DNA of 64,000 nt from Eledone cirrhosa (Eukaryota). Positions 56,813 to 64,000 of this stretch are shown piece after piece. The first letter of the stretch is position 1, and each line of letters begins with the position of its first letter. The position numbers and the translations under genes are program-made. Under the pieces are notes generated by a model. The model worked only from the letters and a program-made list of their open reading frames with translations. It ran no database searches and was not told where the DNA came from. The DNA is taken from assembly GCA_964016885.1 (NCBI GenBank), contig OZ024752.1:8370001-8434000 (forward strand). The letters are read 5' to 3'.

Positions 56813-58844
56813 GTGAGTCCTTTATACTTAATTGTTTAAATGAAAACTAGAATATTTTTAAAAATGTTGATGATTTTATTTCTTTAGAGATCGCACATGT
56901 TTCAAACTGTTGATTAAACCCCCACTTAACATTAGAAATTAAGCTATAACTACACTCTCAGGTCACTATAGCAATACAGATTCGGACAATATTATCGGAG
57001 ACAATTACATTACTTAGATTTTCACATTAAAAAAAAAAAATGTTATTCGTGCTTAAAACTTACATTAATATTTTCACTTAAATCGTATTAATAGAACAAT
57101 GTCTAGTAAACGGAAACGGTAGAGCACTGGACACCATTCCTGCTATTGAGTTACGTCCCTTTGTGTTCTGAGTTCGAATCTCGCCGATATCGATCTCGCC
57201 TTTCATCTTTCACTTGTGTTTATATAATGAACTGCCCCTTCCCACAAAAACTGTGGGATGGTCACTATGGCAGCTTGGTTTTCTACATAAATGAGAGAAA
57301 CCCCTAAAAACTATCTCTCCTACTTTTGCCGCTATATATAACTGGTTGGTTTATTTAATTAACCAGTTTATATATGACCCAGCTTGCTAAAATAAGCTAT
57401 CGAGCTAGTACATGAAATAAAATATTTCCTATTGAGAGAACATGATCAACATTGACTGACCCGATGTTGAGTGTTTAGAGATACTCTTAAAGTTACGTAT
57501 TTGGATTTTACTACGACTGATTTGGTGTCATTAAAGATAGATTTCTTGATTTGCTTCAAGGGTGCACAAGAAATGGGACATTACAGGACGTACGGCGGGG
57601 GTTTACAGTTAACCGTGTTTTAACAATTATAAGATAAATAATAATTTCTACTGTAGAAACAAGGCCTAAATAATGATTTATGATTTAGGCACGAGGCCAA
57701 CAATTTTTTGAGGAAGGGAAAGTCGATTAAATCGACCCCAATGCAAGATTTGATCTCAGAACGTAAGGGGCCGTTACTCTATGCCGTGAAGCATGGTGTC
57801 CGGCGCTCCACCGATACTGCCAATCCACCGCCCTAATTATAAAATAAATAATAAACAATCGATATCCCCAATAGGGTGGGAATGTTACAACTGGGTTGTT
57901 TTACACCCCGTAGATAGAACAAACCTCAACACCAGGAGCAGGTTTGGCAAGAAATAGTTTTCTTTTTATCAACTTCACGTTAATCATTTTACACACATAA
58001 AAAAAAAATAAAGATCCCCTTCGGTCACGAATAACCATGGGATTTGCACCTAGAAAGTTTCCCCCGAGGCACAAGTCCGGGCAAATTTGTTTATGGAAGA
58101 CCAGAAGTCACATAATGAAGGAGGACAGAGCCCTCTAGTGACTGCTGACTTCGAAAATGTCTAGGGTGACATCCCAACATTGTCAGTATATAATGGAGGA
58201 GGACAAAGCCCTCTAGTGACTGCTGACTTCAAACAGGTCCAAGTCTAGGACCTTATGAAACAAAGTGTCCCATTAAAAACCACAACAAAGACTGTGATTT
58301 AAATGGTTGTTCTGTTACTATTTTCGTGGTAAAGGCTTTATCTTACATAATTATCTCACATAATATCGAATCTATGAGATTTTGGTATTATTTATTTTGA
58401 GAACAATATCTTGACATCAGTATGAGTGGCTAGTTATGGCCCAGTTTGAACAGAAAGAGATGAGAGAATTTTGGCCGGCTTAAATGCTAAAGGGTTAAGG
58501 CATTTAACCCTTTCATTACCATATTTCTAATGAAAGACACTGTCTATGTCATTAACCCCTGTGTTAAAACAAACAGTTTTGCATCATAGAACCTGAGGTG
58601 TATGGAGCATAACTTAACCAAGGTTCTTACATAAAATGATGATGGAAGGTGTTTTAGATAAATATAAACATTTTAACCTCTTCAGTACCGTCCTAACATA
58701 TTTGAACTCTTTTCCAACAGTTCATAATTTCAAAGCTAGATGGAGTTACTAGTTTATTGATGTGATGTTTGTCAATCATTCAGATATGTTGTTAATAAAT
58801 TTTTGTTTAAAAAAATAGTCATTTTACTGAAAAAAAAAAACTGG

Positions 58845-59086
58845 CACAGCAACTGTAGCTGTGTAAAATATACACAGTAGTCAACACAGCAACTGTAGCT
58901 GTGTAAAATATACACACCAATCAACACAGCAACTGTAGCTGTGTAAAATATACACGGTAGTCAACACAGCAACTGTAGCTGTGTAAAATATACACGGTAG
59001 TCAACACAGCAACTGTAGCTGTGTAAAATATACACGGTAGTCAACACAGCAACTGTAGCTGTGTAAAATATACACGGTAGTCAACA
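58845..59086. repeat. 40-bp tandem repeat, 6 copies
   Basis: CACAGCAACTGTAGCTGTGTAAAATATACACGGTAGTCAA. Confidence 0.93.
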
Positions 59087-59196
59087 GGTTAAACAATTTC
59101 GAATGAGAGAACCCGGGATGGTTTCAGGAGATTTGGTATCAAAAGAGTTAAATTTTTTAAGAAACAATATTGGATTAATTAAAATGGAAATATTAA

Positions 59197-59844
59197 CTCT
59201 TGAGCATTTAAACCAGCCATATCTGACCAGAATTCTCTCACCTCTTTCTGTTCAAACCAGCCATAAACTGGCCACTCATTCTGATGTTAAGGTATTGTCC
59301 TCAAAATAAATAACATCAAAATCTTATAGCTTCGATATGTGAGATAAAGCTTTTATCATGAAAATACAATAGTATATATAGAGTAATGTAAATGTTATGT
59401 GAGATATTATGTAAGATAAAGCCTTTACTGTGAAAATACAATAGTATATATAGAGTAATGTAAATGTTATGTGAGATATTATGTGAGGTAAAGCCTTTAC
59501 TGTGAAAATACAATAGTATATATAGAGTAATGTAAATGTTATGTGAGATATTATGTGAGGTAAAGTCTTTACTGTGAAAATACAATAGTATATATAGAGT
59601 AATGTAAATGTTATGTGAGGTAAAGCCTTTACTGTGAAAATACAATAGTATATATAGAGTAATGTAAATGTTATGTGAGGTAAAGCCTTTACTGTGAAAA
59701 TACAATAGTATATATAGAGTAATGTAAATGTTATGTGAGGTAAAGCCTTTACTGTGAAAATACAATAGTATATATAGAGTAATGTAAATGTTATGTGAGG
59801 TAAAGCCTTTACTGTGAAAATAGAGTAATGTAAATACTAAAGGG
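59197..59844 (-). mobile_element. piggyBac-type MITE with expanded internal array
   Basis: Reverse-complement family sequence with several 60/71-bp internal units; ends 51 nt before HIKESHI exon 2. Confidence 0.88.
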
Positions 59845-59895
59845 TGTATATTTCAGCAGATTTGTATTTGTAAAGTATTATAATTCTGATTGCAG

Positions 59896-60025
59896 GTCCA
59901 AACAAACTGTGAACAGGTCACTGAAAACCAGTTTCTATTTAATATTTTAGAGTCTGAAAATATCAACCATATAGTTGTTTTCCTTACAGGACAAATACCA
60001 TTCCCTGATGGTTACGGTGGTGCTG
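59896..60025 (+). CDS. HIKESHI: Hikeshi coding exon 2
   Basis: TTGCAG/GTAAG; VQTNCEQVTENQFLF...INHIVVFLTGQIPFPDGYGGA. Confidence 0.94.
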
Positions 60026-60418
60026 GTAAGATCATCTGGTCTTCTTTCTCACTCATTTTCATGGCTAACATTTTTTGAATTAATGGGTTTAACGATCCCA
60101 AATTTAATGAAATATCGAATATTTTTGTTGATTTATATTAAATATAGATAAGTGTAGATATGACTGTATATAAGTGTAGGTATGTAATACTTATTACAGT
60201 GTTTACCTGTATAAACCAGCAATACTTAATTAGTGTTTACCTGTATAAACTAGTAATACTAATTACAGTGTTTACCTGTATAAAACTAGTAATACTAATT
60301 ACATTATTTACCTGTATAAAACTAGTAATACTTATACTTAATTAGTGTTTACCTGGATAAAGTAGTAATACTTATTAGTGTTTACCTGTATAAAGTAGTA
60401 ATACTAATTACATTACAG

Positions 60419-60523
60419 TGTACTTTTCATGGCCCAGCCTTAATGGACCCAGCTGGATTCTCCTCGGCCACATCACTAATATTAAACCAAGCGCCATCTT
60501 TAAAGTGTCTAAATTAAAGTCAG
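60419..60523 (+). CDS. HIKESHI: Hikeshi coding exon 3
   Basis: TTACAG/GTAAGT; [35 protein letters not shown] (conserved NxKPSAIFK). Confidence 0.94.
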
Positions 60524-60604
60524 GTAAGTTCCTTTACTGATTGCTTTGTCTTTTGTTACTGTTTTATATTTAACCCACCATTAACCTACCACTACCCTAT
60601 TTAA

Positions 60605-61359
60605 CCCTCCACTATCTCCATCTATTTACTATTATATTTTCATAGTAAAGGCTTTACCACACATAATATCTCACATAACATTTACATTACTCTATACATA
60701 CTATTGTATTTTCACAGTAAAGACTTTACCTCACATAATATCTCACATAACATTTACATTACTCTATATATACTATTATATTTTCATAGTAAAGGCTTTA
60801 CCTCACATAATATCTCACATAACATTTACATTACTCTATATATACTATTGTATTTTCATAGTAAAGGCTTTACCTCACATAATATCTCACATAACATTTA
60901 CATTACTCTATATATACTATTGTATTTTCACAGTAAAGGCTTTACCTCACATAATATCTCACATAACATTTACATTACTCTATATATACTATTGTATTTT
61001 CACAGTAAAGGCTTTACCTCACATAACATTTACATTACTCTATATATACTATTATATTTTCATAGTAAAGGCTTTACCTCACATAACATTTACATTACTC
61101 TATATATACTATTGTATTTTCACAGTAAAGGCTTTACCTCACATAATATCTCACATAACATTTACATTACTCTATATATACTATTGTATTTTCACAATAA
61201 AGGCTTTACCTCACATAATATCAAATCTATGATATTTTTATATTATCTATTTTGAGAACAACACCTTAACATCAGTATGAGTGGCTGGTTACAACCAGTT
61301 TGAACAAAAAGAGGTGAGAGAATTTCTCGCCAGATACGGACAATTTAAATGCTAAAGGG
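60605..61359 (+). mobile_element. piggyBac-type MITE with expanded internal array
   Basis: Degenerate left end TTAACCCT, several internal units, right end AATGCTAAAGGG-TTAA; fills most of HIKESHI intron 3. Confidence 0.88.
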
Positions 61360-61435
61360 TTAAATTTTTTGTTGTTTTGGGGACAAAGTTCTCAGTATTC
61401 TTACCCTTGTATACTTCTTTTCTTTTGTATTCCAG

Positions 61436-61749
61436 CTGAAGCATCTCTAAGTCCATTTGGAGTGATGGCAAGTCAACCAGTAAATGTATCACAGATTGGA
61501 ATATCTGTTGAGCCCCTTCAAGACTTATCTCAGCAGACCCCTGCAACAGCTGTGGCAGTGTCAAATATTGAACCCTTCATGGAGTTCTCAAAGAAAATGG
61601 TTGAAAATTTGTTCAATTTTGCTTCCTCTTTTGCCAGTAAAGCTCCTATGAATCCATCCGAAACATATATTCCATTTAGTACTCTTGAAAAGTGGTACAA
61701 CAGCTTTCTTCGGAAGATGCAGCAAGATCCATATTTTTGGAGATCATAG
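61436..61749 (+). CDS. HIKESHI: Hikeshi coding exon 4 (last)
   Basis: TTCCAG acceptor; QIGISVEP...KMVENLFNFASSF...KWYNSFLRKMQQDPYFWRS-stop; four exons join to 579 nt, 192 aa. Confidence 0.95.
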
Positions 61750-61947
61750 TAATGCATCTCCTAGCCATTATAAATAATTTAACTTTTTACATTATTGTTA
61801 TTGAAGTTATTTTATTAACTCGCTCATCCCTTCTTATGGCTACAAAAATGTCTTGACAGAAATAATGCAAAATATTTGAAGCTTTCATAAAAATTGAACT
61901 AAATTTTAATCTGTTATTACATTTGAAAGGATATCAGGAAATGTGTT

Positions 61948-61958
61948 AATAAAATAAA
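61948..61958 (+). terminator. candidate HIKESHI polyadenylation signal
   Basis: Overlapping AATAAA hexamers ~200 nt after the stop, followed by GT-rich sequence. Confidence 0.55.
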
Positions 61959-64000
61959 ACAGCAACTAAAAATAGATGTGTTTATTTGCAAGCTTTGCAG
62001 AAATTACTTTCTGGTTTATATTTACACTTATGTAAAGATCATCCTACGTTAAACATTTGTCATTTCATCTGCTTCCTTCCTCATATCGCTTTCACATTAA
62101 CTAGCAATGGTTTGGTTTTTAGTCATGTAGTTCTCTTAATGGTTCAATGGATGAAAGAGAGAGAGAGAGGCAGAAGATGATGGGATTAGAGCCAATGATG
62201 AATGTTGTGAAGAGAAATAGAATGAGATGGTTAGGTCATGTGTTGAGGAAGGATGAAAGTAACTGGATGATTTGAATAGAGCTAGTGGTGGATATTGTGA
62301 AGAGAGATGGAATGAGATGGTTGGGTCATGTGTTGAGAGGAGTGATGAAAGGAGAAAACCAAGAAAAATATGGCAAAACATGAGGGAGGATGAAATGAAA
62401 GCCATTGGGAATCAGATAATAGAGCAAAATAGAGAATCATGTCATATGGCTTGCAAGGTTAACCTCTGCTTTAACAGGGAAAGTAGTCATAAAATATTTG
62501 TTGTGTTGTTAAAACCTCTAAATGATTACCAACATCCTTTTTCTGTTAAAAAAAAAAGTACACATTCTTATAACTATTATAGTAACATTTCTGTACCTAT
62601 TCTCAATTGGTGAGAGACAGTGCAAGCCTTATAATTGCGTCCATACACAACCAACATCAACATTTTATATCTATTTTCACAATTCTAAACATCTCAAATT
62701 TCTGACAGTCATAACATAAAATGTTGGAAAAGATCTCAATTTAAGCTTCTCTCCTTGATAAACATACTTCTTATCTATTTGACATTGTTCCTTGTATGAC
62801 CACATGCAGAGCTGAGTGGTTAGAAAGTTCTCTCTGTAGTTATAAGGTCTGATCCCTCTATGTAGCGTCTTGGGAAAGCCTTGTGAATAAAATTGGGCAA
62901 ACATAAACTGTGTGGAAGCCTGTTGGATGGATTAAATCTGTAATTCACATACTGTGTGATACTGTTTGTGTCTAAGAGTTATGTTATAGGTTCACATTTC
63001 TGTACAATATTCAACTAGTAATGTGTTAATTGATGTCAGATATTCACTGAATACTCATTGTTGATACCATGGAGGTGGGGTGGGGATTCACCAGTGTTCC
63101 TTGCATCATCTCTCCTTCAGGCCTCTCTTTTATGACCCTCTCTACTATACCACACTCTTTCCAGTCCTCTCACCTTTTATGACCTTCTCTACTATATCAC
63201 ACTCTCCCTAATTGGTGTGTTGCTCCATTCATATTTCTAAGTTGAGGGTCACAGCAGGTACAAACCTTTTAATGTTGTAGTCTGTCTCCTTGTTACTCTT
63301 TTACCTGTTCTAGGCCGTGCTGGGGCACCACCTATTGTTAAATAGTGTTGCTTAATGAGTTTTTGAATTTGTATGTGGCGATAGGATTGCCATGGGTTCA
63401 GTTCCTGGACTGGGCTGTATGTTGTGTTCTTGAACAAAACACTTCATTTAAGATTGCTCCAGTATACTCAGCTGAAAATGTGTACCAGCAGCAATAGCTG
63501 GGAGTTTAACCCTGTGGTAAACTGGTGTCCTGTCCAGGGGGAAGTCTTGTACTCTCAGTTGCTTCACATCATAGAAACTGGGACAAACACCGGTCTGATG
63601 ATCTTTGGGGCTCAAAACAGACTTTAGACTTTAACCCTTTACCATTTACATTACTCTATATTTACTACTGTATTTTCACGGTAAAGGTTTTACCTCACAT
63701 AATATCAAATCTACCATATTTTGATATTATTTAGAGAACAATACTTTAACATAAGTATGAATAGCCAGTTACAGCCAGTTTGAACAGAAAGAGGTGAGAG
63801 AATTCTGGCCGGAAACGACCGGTTTAAATGCTAAAGGGTTAAGGGATTGTTCAACTTTCATACATGTCTTCTCCAACGTGTCCTGTATCTGAAGAGTTTG
63901 TCTACTTCTGGGGAAGGACTCAGTAACACAACCAACTGTCTATTTCCTGGTAGTTTGTCTGTTCACATCAGTAGTAAGTGATCAAATGACTGGCTGGGTC

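Overview
This is AT-rich, intron-containing animal DNA. The repeat content suggests an octopod cephalopod, but that is inference and no database was searched. The right half holds two complete spliced genes arranged head-to-head: INTS12 (Integrator subunit 12, PHD finger; minus strand, 6 coding exons, 54509->46519, 387 aa) and HIKESHI (plus strand, 4 coding exons, 56783->61749, 192 aa). An inverted pair of ETS motifs lies between them. At ~19.8 kb (minus) there is an isolated first exon of a secreted, probably cathepsin D/pepsin-family protein, with a TATA+Inr promoter. The rest is (TA)n-type microsatellite plus fragments of RTE, Tx1/L1, CR1, CRE and Penelope retroelements, two tRNA-derived SINE families, a TTAA-flanked piggyBac-type MITE family, other MITEs and many 40-110 bp tandem arrays. 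The most notable unexplained signals are three. First, two minimal hammerhead ribozymes with different stem sequences but identical architecture sit in small TA-bounded cassettes (retrozyme-like). Second, long inverted MITE copies tightly bracket HIKESHI exons 2-3. Third, new satellites arise repeatedly from LINE and MITE segments at fixed microhomologies. Most long ORFs in the supplied track are microsatellite artefacts.
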